NCBI GenBank assembly: GCA_963817035.1
Contig: CAWFMM010000003.1
Location: 759,910-823,909 of the forward strand
DNA length: 64,000 nt
Direction: 5' to 3'
From: an uncultured Actinomycetes bacterium
Lineage (GTDB): Bacteria; Actinomycetota; Thermoleophilia; Solirubrobacterales; Solirubrobacteraceae
In this document: one piece after another, positions 18,625 to 27,875 of the stretch
Position numbering within the stretch: the stretch's first letter is position 1
Layout: the number at the start of each line of letters is the position of its first letter
The notes under the pieces: model-generated
What the model was told of the DNA's origin: nothing
Seen by the model: only the letters and a program-made list of their open reading frames with translations
Database searches by the model: none
Position numbers and translations under genes: made by a program

Positions 18625-20617
18625 TCAGACCAGCAACGCCTTCACCCGCTCGACAACCGCCGCCGGTGTGATCCCGAGCTTCTCGAGCACCACCTCGCCC
18701 GGCGCCGACGCCCCGAAGCGGTCAATCGCGACGCTCGAGTCGACCCATTCGCTCCAGCCCATCGACACGCCGGCCTCGACCGAGACCGACGCCAGCACCG
18801 GCGGCAGCACCGACTCGCGGTAGTCGTCGTCCTGCGCGCGGAAGAGCTCCCACGACGGCATTGAGACGACACGGCAGCCGATGCCCTCGGCTTCCAGGGC
18901 CTCCGCGGCCGCGACCGCGACCCACAGCTCGCCGCCGGTCCCGACGACGACCGCGCGCTCGGGCAGCGAATCACCGGCCGCGCGCAGCACGTACGCCCCC
19001 CGCGCCACGCCCTCGACGCTCGCCGACGCCTGCACCGGCAGGTCCTGGCGCGACAGCGCCATCAGCGCCGGCCCTTCGATGTCGTTCAGGATCGTCAGCC
19101 ACGCGTATGCGGTCTCGTTCGGGTCGCCTGGGCGCAGCACGACGAGCCCCGGGATCGCCCGCATCGCCGCCAGGTGCTCGACCGGCTGGTGCGTCGGGCC
19201 CGTCCTCCCCCAGCGCGACCGAGTCATGTGTGTACACCCATGCCACGTCAAGTTCGCTCAGCGCACTCAGCCGGATCGCGCCGCGCATGTAGTCGGTGAA
19301 CTGCATGAACGTCGACCCATAGGGCCGCACGATCCCGCCGTGGGCGGCCATGCCGTTGACGATCCCGCCCATGCCGTGCTCGCGCACGCCGAAGAAGACG
19401 TTGCGCCCGGTCTTGGCGCGTGTGTAGCGCTCGGCGTCGCCGCCCGGGAACTCGGTCTTCGTCGACTCGCTGAGATCCGCCGCGCCGCCGACCATCGTCG
19501 GGACGAACGGCCCGAACGCGGCCATCGACTTCTGGCCCGCCACGCGCGTCGCCAGCTTGTCCTTGGCCCAGTCAATCGTGGTCAGCGCCTCGACGACACC
19601 GTCAGCCGGCTTGCCGCTCCACGCGCGGTCCCACTCGGCCGCCGCGTCCGGCGACGCCGTGCGCCACGTCGCCACGCGCGCATCCCAGTCGTGGTGTGCC
19701 GCCGGGCCGGTGTTGTGACGGCGAAAGTGCTCGTAGACGCCGTCGGGCACGAAGAAGTGCTGGTCGGGATCCCAGCCCATCGCCTCCTTGGTCAGGCGGA
19801 CCTCGTCCTCACCGAGCGCCGCGCCGTGGGCCTTCGAGGTGCCCATCTTGTTCGGCGACGGGTAGCCGATGATCGACTTGACCCGGATCAGCGACGGGCG
19901 GTCGTGCTCCAGCGTCGCGACCTGGACCGCGGCACTCAGCGCGGCGAGATCGTTGGCGTCGTGGACCGCGCTGACGTGCCAGCCATAAGCCTCGAAGCGC
20001 TTGTCGACGTCCTCGGTCTCGAAGCTCAGCGACGTCGGCCCATCCAGCGAGATGTCGTTGTCGTCGTACAGGTACACGAGCCGCCCGAGCCCGAGATGGC
20101 CGGCCAGCGAGGCCGCCTCCGAGGCGATGCCCTCCATCAGGTCGCCGTCGGAGACGATCGCGAAGACGCGGTGATCGACGATGTCGGCGCCGTAGCGCTC
20201 GCGCAGGAAGTGCTCGGCGATCGCCATGCCGACGCCGTTGGCGAACCCCTGCCCCAGCGGCCCGGTCGTCACCTCGACCCCCGGCGTGACATGGACCCGA
20301 TCGCGCTCGGGATGCCCCGGCGTCTTGGATCCCCACTGACGGAACTGCTGCAGGTCGCCGATCGACAGGTCATAGCCGGAGAGATGCAGGACCGCGTAGA
20401 GCAGCATCGAGCCGTGGCCGGCCGACAGGACGAAGCGGTCACGGTCGGGCCACAGCGGATCCTCGGGGTCGTGCTCCATCGCCTGGGCGAAGAGATGGAA
20501 CGCGACGGGCGCCATCGCCATCGGCAGCCCCGGATGGCCGCTGTTGGCCTTCTGGACACCGTCCATGGCCAGGGTGCGGATCGTGTCGATGCAGAGCTGG
20601 TCGAGGTCTTCGGTCAT
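18625..20617 (-). pseudogene. tkt: transketolase; reading frame broken by one extra base in the GGGCCC run at 19196..19201 (pseudogene or assembly indel)
   Basis: N-terminal part starts at M109 of ORF 18971..20941 ([42 protein letters not shown]). The C-terminal part continues in ORF 18625..19251 ([25 protein letters not shown]). Removing one C restores the conserved [12 protein letters not shown]. Confidence 0.9.
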
Positions 20618-20638
20618 GGGAGGCGATACTACGTGGCG

Positions 20639-21142
20639 ATGCCCGAAGGCAAACTGCATGTGCTCATCGAGATCCCGAAGGGATCTCGCAACAAGTACGA
20701 GTGGGACGAGGAGCTCCAGGCGATCAAGCTGGATCGCTTCCTGTTCAGCTCCGTCGTCTACCCCACCGACTACGGATTCATCCCCGACACGCTGGCCGAG
20801 GACGACGACCCGCTCGACGTCATGGTCTGCGTCTCCGAGCCCACGTTCCCGGGCTGCGTCATCGAGGTGAAGGTGATCGCCGTGCTGCGAATGCGCGACG
20901 ACAAGGGCGTCGACGACAAGGTTCTGTGCGTTCCCCTGCACGACCCGAACTGGAACACGGTCGAGGAGCTCGAGGACATCCCGCAGTCACTGCGCGACGA
21001 GATCTCGCACTTCTTCGCGATCTACAAACAGCCCGAGGGCAAGATCGTCAAGGTCGACGGCTGGTTCCCGCGCGACGAGGCGATGGCGGCGATCGACGCC
21101 GCGCGCCAGCGTCACTTGGACTCGGTCAGCTCCGGCGTCTGA
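20639..21142 (+). CDS. ppa: inorganic pyrophosphatase (family I)
   Basis: The last 167 aa of the 753-aa track ORF: [48 protein letters not shown]. Confidence 0.95.
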   Translation: MPEGKLHVLIEIPKGSRNKYEWDEELQAIKLDRFLFSSVVYPTDYGFIPDTLAEDDDPLDVMVCVSEPTFPGCVIEVKVIAVLRMRDDKGVDDKVLCVPLHDPNWNTVEELEDIPQSLRDEISHFFAIYKQPEGKIVKVDGWFPRDEAMAAIDAARQRHLDSVSSGV

Positions 21143-22005
21143 GCACCCGGCTCGAGCCCCGGCTCGGAGCGCGCGGCGCGCAGCTCGTAGGCCCGGCGCG
21201 CCTCGGGGTCGGCGGTCGCCAGCACGCGGTCGGCCTTCAGCGCGTGGGCGAGACTCTCGGCGGCGCGGCGCGGCAGCAGCCGCGACAAGCGCGAGATCCC
21301 CTTGACCGACTTCGGGACCCAGATGTCGACCGCACCGGTGCGCAGGCCGTCGACGATCGCCTCGGCGACGTCGGTCGGCTCGAGCTGCTTGACACCCGGG
21401 TTGCGCTGGAGTCCTGAGCCGAGCTCGGTGTTGACGACGGCGGGCAGGACGTAGCTGAGGCGAACGTTGAGGCCCTGGAGACGCATCTCGCCGCGGACCG
21501 CCTCGGTCAGTCCGACGACGGCGTGCTTGGTCGCCGAGTACGTCGCGCCCCCCGGCGTGCCGTAGGTCCCGGCCTGCGAGGCGATGTTGACGATGTGGCC
21601 GTGGTTGCGGGGCGCCATCCGGTCAAGCGCCGCCTTGGTTCCGTTGATCACGCCGTGCAGGTTGATGTCGATCATCCGCTGGGCGGTGGCGTCGTCCTCG
21701 TCGGAGAACCAGCCGAGCTGCATGATCCCCGCGTTGTTGACGACGACGTCGAGCGGGCCGAGCTGCTCCTCGGCGGCGGCGAGGAACGCATCGACCGACG
21801 CGCGCTTGGTCACGTCGACCTCGAGCGCGACCGCGCGATCGCCGAGCTCCGCCGCGGCCTCCTCGGCGGCCTCGAGATCGAGATCGCCGATCGCGACCTT
21901 CATCCCCTCGCGCACGAACGCGCGGGCGGTCTCGCGGCCGATACCACGGCCGGCGCCGGTGATGGCCGCGACGCGGCCGGTGATGATCGTGGGGGACTTG
22001 GCCAT
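21112..22005 (-). CDS. SDR-family oxidoreductase
   Basis: 297 aa with TGAGRGIG cofactor motif, NNAG, and a YSATKHAV catalytic site. Confidence 0.9.
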   Translation of the reverse strand: MAKSPTIITGRVAAITGAGRGIGRETARAFVREGMKVAIGDLDLEAAEEAAAELGDRAVALEVDVTKRASVDAFLAAAEEQLGPLDVVVNNAGIMQLGWFSDEDDATAQRMIDINLHGVINGTKAALDRMAPRNHGHIVNIASQAGTYGTPGGATYSATKHAVVGLTEAVRGEMRLQGLNVRLSYVLPAVVNTELGSGLQRNPGVKQLEPTDVAEAIVDGLRTGAVDIWVPKSVKGISRLSRLLPRRAAESLAHALKADRVLATADPEARRAYELRAARSEPGLEPGAQTPELTESK

Positions 22006-22017
22006 GGGCCGCGAACG

Positions 22018-23511
22018 TTAGCCGGTCGGTCTCGCCACCCGATCGCGGCGATTGGGGACTGCACCGGCAGGGATCGGCTCGCCGCCCGCCGGCACGCGCA
22101 CGTCGCGGATCATCACCAACGCGACGATCACCCCCGCCGCCGCGAAGCCCGCGCCGACCATGAACGCGTCGCGGAAGCCGGCGGCCAGCGCGGCGCTGAC
22201 GTCGGGCCGGGCGTGCAGCGAACGCGCGGCATCGAGCGCCGAGGTCGTGGTCGCGTTGGCGATCGTCGAGAGGATCGCCACGCCGAGCGCCGCGCCGACC
22301 TGCTGCGCCGTCGTCAGCAGCCCCGAGGCCAGGCCGGTCTCCTTCATCGCCACGCCCGACACGGCGATGATCGTCACCGTCACGAAGACGCAGCCGACCC
22401 CGAAGGCGGCGAGCAGCGACGGCAGCAGCACGTCCGAGCCGAACGAGCCGTGGGCGTCGACGTGGCCGAACAGGTACAGGCCGAGGCACATCGAGATCAG
22501 TCCCGAGACGGTGACCGGCTTGACCCCGATGCGCGTCACGAGCTGCCCGACCGACCCCGCGGTGACGATGATCACGATGCACAGCGGCACCCAACAGACG
22601 CCCGTCGTGAGAGCCGAGTAGCCGAGCACCTGCTGCAGGTAGAGCGAGGTGAAGAAGAACATCGAGGTCAGGCACACCCCGTTGAGGAAGCCGATGATGT
22701 TCGCGGTCGCGACGTTGCGGTTGCGGTAGATACCGAGGCGGATCAGCGGGTCACGCTGGGCGAGCTCGATGATCACGAACGCGACGAGCAGCGCCGCGGC
22801 GAGCGCGAGCGTGCCGATCGTGCGGGCCGAGCCCCAGCCGTAGACGTCGGTCTTGACCATGCCGTAGACGAGCACCACGAGCCCGGCGGTCACGCTGACC
22901 GCGCCGAGCACGTCGATGTGGCGGCGCTGGTCGGCGCGGCTCTCGGGCAGCAGGCCGGGCGACAGCGAGATCGCCACGACCGCGACCGGCACGTTGACGA
23001 ACAGCACCCAGCGCCAGCTCAGCCACGTCGTCAGCATCCCGCCGAGCAGGACGCCGACCGCGCCGCCGGCGCCGGCCACCGCGCCCCAGATGCCCAGCGC
23101 CTTGTTGCGTTCCGACCCCTCCTTGAACAGGTTGGCGACGATCGACAGCGCCGCGGGCGAGATGATCGCGGCGCCGAGACCCTGGGCGGCGCGCGCGGCG
23201 AGCAGCCAGCCCTCGCTCGTCGCGAAGCCGCCGGCCAGTGACGCGACGGCGAACAGCGCCATGCCGAACATGAACACGCGCCGGCGCCCGAGCAGGTCGG
23301 CGGCACGACCGCCGAGCAGCAGGAAGCCGCCGAAGGTCAGCGTGTAGGCGTTGACGACCCAGAACAGGTTGAGCTGCGAGAAATGCAGCGCAGCCTTGAT
23401 CGATGGCAGCGCCACGTTGACGATCGACGCGTCGAGCACGACCACGAACTGCGCCGCGGCGAGCAGGATCAGGGCGGTCCAGCGGCGGGGATACGGGGCG
23501 TCGTCGGTCAT
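22018..23511 (-). CDS. MFS transporter (DHA2/EmrB-QacA type)
   Basis: ORF 22018..23892 trimmed to M128 (MTDDAPYPRRWTALILLAAAQFVVVLDASIVNVALPSI). About 14 TM segments. Confidence 0.9.
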   Translation of the reverse strand: MTDDAPYPRRWTALILLAAAQFVVVLDASIVNVALPSIKAALHFSQLNLFWVVNAYTLTFGGFLLLGGRAADLLGRRRVFMFGMALFAVASLAGGFATSEGWLLAARAAQGLGAAIISPAALSIVANLFKEGSERNKALGIWGAVAGAGGAVGVLLGGMLTTWLSWRWVLFVNVPVAVVAISLSPGLLPESRADQRRHIDVLGAVSVTAGLVVLVYGMVKTDVYGWGSARTIGTLALAAALLVAFVIIELAQRDPLIRLGIYRNRNVATANIIGFLNGVCLTSMFFFTSLYLQQVLGYSALTTGVCWVPLCIVIIVTAGSVGQLVTRIGVKPVTVSGLISMCLGLYLFGHVDAHGSFGSDVLLPSLLAAFGVGCVFVTVTIIAVSGVAMKETGLASGLLTTAQQVGAALGVAILSTIANATTTSALDAARSLHARPDVSAALAAGFRDAFMVGAGFAAAGVIVALVMIRDVRVPAGGEPIPAGAVPNRRDRVARPTG

Positions 23512-23587
23512 CGGGCGGCTCCCATCGACCCTAGCGATCCGGGTTTGGTGGCGAACCCCGCCTGGTCTCTCGCTACGCTTGCGCCCG

Positions 23588-24325
23588 ATGGCGAGCCGGA
23601 TCGAGGAGAAGAAGAAGCGCCGCGAGGAGCGAGAGGCCAAGGAGGCCGCGGCCCGCGCCGCCCACAAGCGCACGCGCACGATGCAGATCGGCGGCGGCGT
23701 GCTGCTGGCGATCGTCGCCGTCGTCGCGATCATCTTCGTCGCCACGAACTCGTCGAGCTCGTCGTCCAGCGCGGGGACCGGGAGCGCCTCGGGCCCGCAG
23801 GCTCCGACCGACCCGATCGCCGAGATCCCGGCGATCAAGAACACGAACCTCGTGGCGGCGGCCAGGGCGGCCGGCTGCGTGGTCAAGACCACGCCCAGCG
23901 AGGGGCGCAGTCACGTCGAGACGCCGGTGAAATACCACACCAACCCGCCGACGTCGGGCAACCACAACCCGGTGCCGGCGCTCGACGGGGTCTACGCCCC
24001 AGGCAACACCCCGACGCCTGAGCACTTCGTCCACGCCCTCGAGCATGGCCGGATCGAGCTGCAGTACAAGAAGGGCTCATCACGCAAGACCCGCCTCCAG
24101 ATGCAGTCGCTGCTGGCCGAGTCCTTCAACGACCACCCCGGCGGCTACAAGATGCTGCTGTTCGAGAACAACACGAACATGCCCTACGCGGTCGCGGCGA
24201 CGGCCTGGACGCACCTCATCGGCTGCCCGACGGTTACCGACAAGACATGGGACGCCCTGCGCGACTTCCGCAACACGTACGTGGACAAGGGCCCCGAGCC
24301 CGGCATCCCGCCGAACGACCTGTAG
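23588..24325 (+). CDS. DUF3105 domain-containing membrane-anchored protein
   Basis: ORF 23351..24325 trimmed to M80 (MASRIEEKKKRREERE). One TM segment, then YHTNPPTSGNHNP and VHALEHGRIELQY. Confidence 0.75.
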   Translation: MASRIEEKKKRREEREAKEAAARAAHKRTRTMQIGGGVLLAIVAVVAIIFVATNSSSSSSSAGTGSASGPQAPTDPIAEIPAIKNTNLVAAARAAGCVVKTTPSEGRSHVETPVKYHTNPPTSGNHNPVPALDGVYAPGNTPTPEHFVHALEHGRIELQYKKGSSRKTRLQMQSLLAESFNDHPGGYKMLLFENNTNMPYAVAATAWTHLIGCPTVTDKTWDALRDFRNTYVDKGPEPGIPPNDL

Positions 24326-24383
24326 GCCCGCGGCCGGAGCGAGGGACGGGCCCCGAAAGGTCTAATTATTCGGGCGGGCACGC

Positions 24384-25379
24384 TCAGCGCGGGGCCGGCG
24401 GGCCGGGTGGGGCGACGATGTCACGGCCGGTCGGATGCATCTCCTCGTCGAGCTCGAGCTGCCAGAAGTAGCGCGTGAAGGTGACGCCGGCGCGGTAGTC
24501 GCCGACGTGCGGCGCGATCGACTCGCCGCGGGCCATGCGGGCGATCAGCTCGGGGTAGGTCCGGCCGGGGAGGGCGGCGTACATCGGCGCCGGGAACGCG
24601 CCGCCGAAGCGGGTGTTGACGTCGGTGATGCCGAGGCCGATCTCGCGGTCGCGGAAGACCTGGACCGTGCACGGCCCGCGCGTGCCGAGCGCCTCGACGA
24701 CCGTGCGCCCGAGCTCCACCAGCTCCGGGTCGTCGAGCACCGTGCCCTTGATCGACTCGCCCCCGCGCGACTCGAGCATCGAGCGCGGGATCGCGTTGAG
24801 GCACACGCCGTCGCGGTCGCTCAGCGTGTCGATCGAGAACTCCGGCCCGTCCATGCGGCGCTGCACCATCACCTCGCCTTCGACGTAGTCACAGAAGAAC
24901 CGCGCCTGCTCGGCGTCGTGGGCGAGATGGATCGACTCGGCCCCCGACCCGCGACGCAGCTTGACCATCACCGGGTAGGAGTCGACCTCCTCGCCGGGCA
25001 GCACGGTCGGCGGCGAGGGCAGCCCGAGACGGCCGAGCAGCAGGTGGCATTCGTACTTGTCGAAGGTCGCGCTGGCGATCTCAGGGTCGGGCACGAGCGC
25101 CTGGGGCAGGCGCCCGTCGAACCGCGCCACGGCCAGCGTTTCGATGTCGAGATCGGTCAGCGGGACGATCGCCCCGACGTCGTGTTGCGCACAGAGCTCG
25201 GCCAGCGCCGGCACGTAGCCCGGATCGTCGATCCGCGGCACGCTCGTTCGCACCGTCGCGGCGTACTGCGCCGGCGCCAGCGGGTTGGGGTCGGCGGCCA
25301 CGAGCGTCGTGTGCTGGGCAAACGCCGAGACGATGTCGTAGCGCTTGCCGACGCCGGTGAGCAGGACCGCGGAGGGCAT
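24384..25379 (-). CDS. ATP-grasp domain protein
   Basis: 331 aa with FDKYECHLLLGRLGLPSP, YPVMVKLRRGSG and GITDVNTRFGG, an ATP-grasp ligase pattern. Confidence 0.8.
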   Translation of the reverse strand: MPSAVLLTGVGKRYDIVSAFAQHTTLVAADPNPLAPAQYAATVRTSVPRIDDPGYVPALAELCAQHDVGAIVPLTDLDIETLAVARFDGRLPQALVPDPEIASATFDKYECHLLLGRLGLPSPPTVLPGEEVDSYPVMVKLRRGSGAESIHLAHDAEQARFFCDYVEGEVMVQRRMDGPEFSIDTLSDRDGVCLNAIPRSMLESRGGESIKGTVLDDPELVELGRTVVEALGTRGPCTVQVFRDREIGLGITDVNTRFGGAFPAPMYAALPGRTYPELIARMARGESIAPHVGDYRAGVTFTRYFWQLELDEEMHPTGRDIVAPPGPPAPR

Positions 25380-25388
25380 GAGGCAACC

Positions 25389-25814
25389 CTATGCGAAGGG
25401 ATTGACCACGCGGACGCTGCCGTAGGCGCGGTCATGCTGAAAGTCCTCCGAGAGCAGCACGTCAAGTCCGTAGTGCTCGGCGCACGCCCAGATGCAGGCG
25501 TCGAACCAGGCGAGCTGGTACGTCGCAGCGCCGCGTAGCGCGAGCCGGACGATCTGCTCGTTGGGGTAGAGCACATCGAATTGGAGCAGCAGCTCCTCCA
25601 TGTCCCGGGTCGCATCCGGGACGCTCCGCAGGGGCGGGCCCTTCGCGATCGGTCGCGTGACCGCGGCGTAGAACTCGACGAGCGATTGGTGCGCGAGGAG
25701 CAGTTCGCCGCTCTCGATGCCGCTTCGCAGGACGTCTGTCGCAACCCGCTGCTTCGCGGGATCGCGCGGGTCGACGCGATAGACGAGGACGTTGGTGTCA
25801 ACGAGCGCGGGCAC
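25389..25814 (-). CDS. vapC: PIN-domain toxin (VapC family)
   Basis: ORF 25389..25919, with the start placed at in-frame GTG 25814 (VPALVDTNVLVYRVDPRD). The later part reads LLSEDFQHDRAYGSVRVVNPF. It overlaps the antitoxin 3' end by 17 nt. Confidence 0.8.
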   Translation of the reverse strand: MPALVDTNVLVYRVDPRDPAKQRVATDVLRSGIESGELLLAHQSLVEFYAAVTRPIAKGPPLRSVPDATRDMEELLLQFDVLYPNEQIVRLALRGAATYQLAWFDACIWACAEHYGLDVLLSEDFQHDRAYGSVRVVNPFA

Positions 25815-26082
25815 GCTCGTGGAGCTCGTCGCGCTGCCATCCGCGGTCCGACGAGGCCGGCCGGCGAGCTCTCTTCTGCTGTGCGCGCAGACGTTCGGTT
25901 GTGCGATCGAACAGCTCAAGACGCTGCTCGCGGCTGAGTTGGCGCGGGGCGTCCGCCGATCGCTGGACGCGGATCGCCGCGCCGGCGGGCAGGAACTCGA
26001 GCTCGTCGCCGGAGACGATGCCGTAGCGGTCGGCGATCACCTTGGGAATCGTGACCTGCCGCTTGCTCGTGACGCGGGCCAT
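25798..26082 (-). CDS. vapB: AbrB/MazE/SpoVT-type antitoxin (VapB-like)
   Basis: 94 aa starting MARVTSKRQVTIPKVIADRYGIVSGDELEF, a typical swapped-hairpin antitoxin N-terminus. It lies immediately upstream of the PIN gene. Confidence 0.8.
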   Translation of the reverse strand: MARVTSKRQVTIPKVIADRYGIVSGDELEFLPAGAAIRVQRSADAPRQLSREQRLELFDRTTERLRAQQKRARRPASSDRGWQRDELHERARAR

Positions 26083-26084
26083 CG

Positions 26085-26116
26085 CCTTACTCTAGCAAGG
26101 ACACCGTCCTTACTCT
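26085..26116 (-). promoter_or_regulatory. direct repeat CCTTACTCT (x2) in the low-GC stretch upstream of the AbrB-type antitoxin; candidate operator/promoter
   Basis: CCTTACTCT occurs at 26085..26093 and 26108..26116. This is locally the only AT-rich segment. The second copy spans the stop codon of the sugar transferase gene. Confidence 0.3.
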
Positions 26117-26703
26117 GGGTCGACCCAGCCGCCGGTCTCGCCCTTGTAGGTCCCCTCACCGCCAAGGACCATCCGCACGGTCCGCAGCAGGATCTGAACA
26201 TCCAGACGCCACGAGCGGTGCTCGATGTACCAGAGGTCGAGCTCGATTCGCTGCGACCACGGAAGCGACGCGCGGCCGTTGACCTGGGCCCAGCCGGTGA
26301 TCCCCGGGCGGATCGCCAGGCGCCCGCGCTGGCGCTCGGTGTACTGCTCCACCTGGATCGGGATCGTCGGGCGGGGGCCGATGATCGCCATGTCGCCGCG
26401 CAGGACGTTGAAGAGGTTCGGGATCTCATCCAACGACGTCCGACGCAGGAACGCGCCGACGCGGGTGATCCGGCTGTCGCCGGCGTTGACCGCCATCCCC
26501 GCCCCCATGTGCTCGGCCCCGCTGACCATCGTGCGCAGCTTGAGCACGTCGAACTCGCGGCCGTGCAGGCCGACACGGCGCTGGCGGTAGATCGCCCCGC
26601 CGCGCGACTCGAGCTTCACCGCGATCGCGGCCACGGCCAGCACCGGGCTGAGCACGATCAACGCTGACCCCGCGACGACGATGTCGAACGCGCGCCGGAT
26701 CAC
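26110..26703 (-). CDS. small monotopic phosphoglycosyl transferase (bacterial sugar transferase, PglC/WbaP-C-terminal type)
   Basis: ORF 26110..27048 trimmed to GTG 26703 (VIRRAFDIVVAGSALIVLSPVLAVAAIAVKLESRGGAIYRQRRVGLHGREFDVLKLRTM). Also SLDEIPNLFNVLRGDMAIIGPRP. GTGA overlap with the upstream GT2. Confidence 0.9.
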   Translation of the reverse strand: MIRRAFDIVVAGSALIVLSPVLAVAAIAVKLESRGGAIYRQRRVGLHGREFDVLKLRTMVSGAEHMGAGMAVNAGDSRITRVGAFLRRTSLDEIPNLFNVLRGDMAIIGPRPTIPIQVEQYTERQRGRLAIRPGITGWAQVNGRASLPWSQRIELDLWYIEHRSWRLDVQILLRTVRMVLGGEGTYKGETGGWVDPE

Positions 26704-27839
26704 CGTGTCCCCTCCGCCGCGTCCCAGCCCGCCGTGGTCCCGTGGCGCAGCCAGTCGTAGAGGCCCGCGGCGATCGAGGCGGTCGTCAGCACGTAGTAGC
26801 GCGCGATCAGCAGCGGTCGTGCGCGCACGCTGCGCGCCGCAAGGGCCGCGGCGATCACGGCCACCTGAACCGCGAACGTCGCGATGTAGACCCAGCCCTC
26901 GCCGAGCAGGAACGCGTTGGCGATCAGCGCGACGAGATGCAGGAACGGCGACGCGTAGCGCAGCACGCGATGCGAAGCGATCATCAGCGCGTAGGTCGGT
27001 GAGTAGCCGCGCGGCGACAGCAGCCCGCCGCGCAGGACGATCGGCCACGTGTGGCTCATCATCCGCCGCTTGCGCGCGAACTCGCCCTCGATCGACGGCA
27101 CCATCCGCTCGCTCGCTCGCGCCGCCGGCGCGTAGACCGCGCGCCAGCCGCGCTTGACCATGTTGAACGGGAACGACAGATCGTGGCCCATCACCGGGTC
27201 GACCTCGATGTAGGCCTCGCGGCGGGTCGCATAGATCGCGCCGTTGCCGGCGGTCACCGAGGCCAGCCGCGACTCGAGCGCGCGGATCTTCATCTCATAG
27301 CGCCAGTAGACGCCCTCCTGATTGGTCCCGCCGTCGTTGACGAACGCGACCTGGCCGCACACGTAGCCGATCTTCGGATCGTCGAACGCCGCGGTCAGGG
27401 CCCGCAGCGCGCCCGGCTCCCACAGCGCGTTGGCGTCGGAGAACGCCAGCAGCGTGCCGCGGGCGTGGGCGACCGCCGCGTCCTGGGCGCGGATCTTGCC
27501 GCCGCGCGGAAGCTCGAGGACGTCGTCGGCACCGGCCGCGCGGGCGAGCGTCGCCGTGTCGTCGGGCGAGCCGTCGCAGGCGACGATCAGCTGCAACCGC
27601 TCACGTGGCCAGTCGAGCGCCAGCGCGTTGCGAACCTTCGCCTCGATCACCGCCGCCTCGGCGTGCGCGGCGACGACCAGCGTGACGTGCGGCAGGTCAG
27701 CCGCCGGGCCCGCAGCGGTCACGGCAGGCCGCGAACGACGCAGCGCGCCGAGGACGACGAGCACCAGCCCGTAGCCGATCTGCGTATAGACGAGCAGGGC
27801 CGCGCTGACCCAGAAGACCGCCTCGAGCGCCGTGGTCAC
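26700..27839 (-). CDS. glycosyltransferase family 2 (membrane-associated)
   Basis: 379 aa (GTG start) with VTLVVAAHAE, LIVACDGSPDDT, FSDANAL and C-terminal TM helices. Confidence 0.9.
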   Translation of the reverse strand: MTTALEAVFWVSAALLVYTQIGYGLVLVVLGALRRSRPAVTAAGPAADLPHVTLVVAAHAEAAVIEAKVRNALALDWPRERLQLIVACDGSPDDTATLARAAGADDVLELPRGGKIRAQDAAVAHARGTLLAFSDANALWEPGALRALTAAFDDPKIGYVCGQVAFVNDGGTNQEGVYWRYEMKIRALESRLASVTAGNGAIYATRREAYIEVDPVMGHDLSFPFNMVKRGWRAVYAPAARASERMVPSIEGEFARKRRMMSHTWPIVLRGGLLSPRGYSPTYALMIASHRVLRYASPFLHLVALIANAFLLGEGWVYIATFAVQVAVIAAALAARSVRARPLLIARYYVLTTASIAAGLYDWLRHGTTAGWDAAEGTR

Positions 27840-27875
27840 CGGCGGGATTGTCGCCCATCGCCCGCCGACCGCGGG

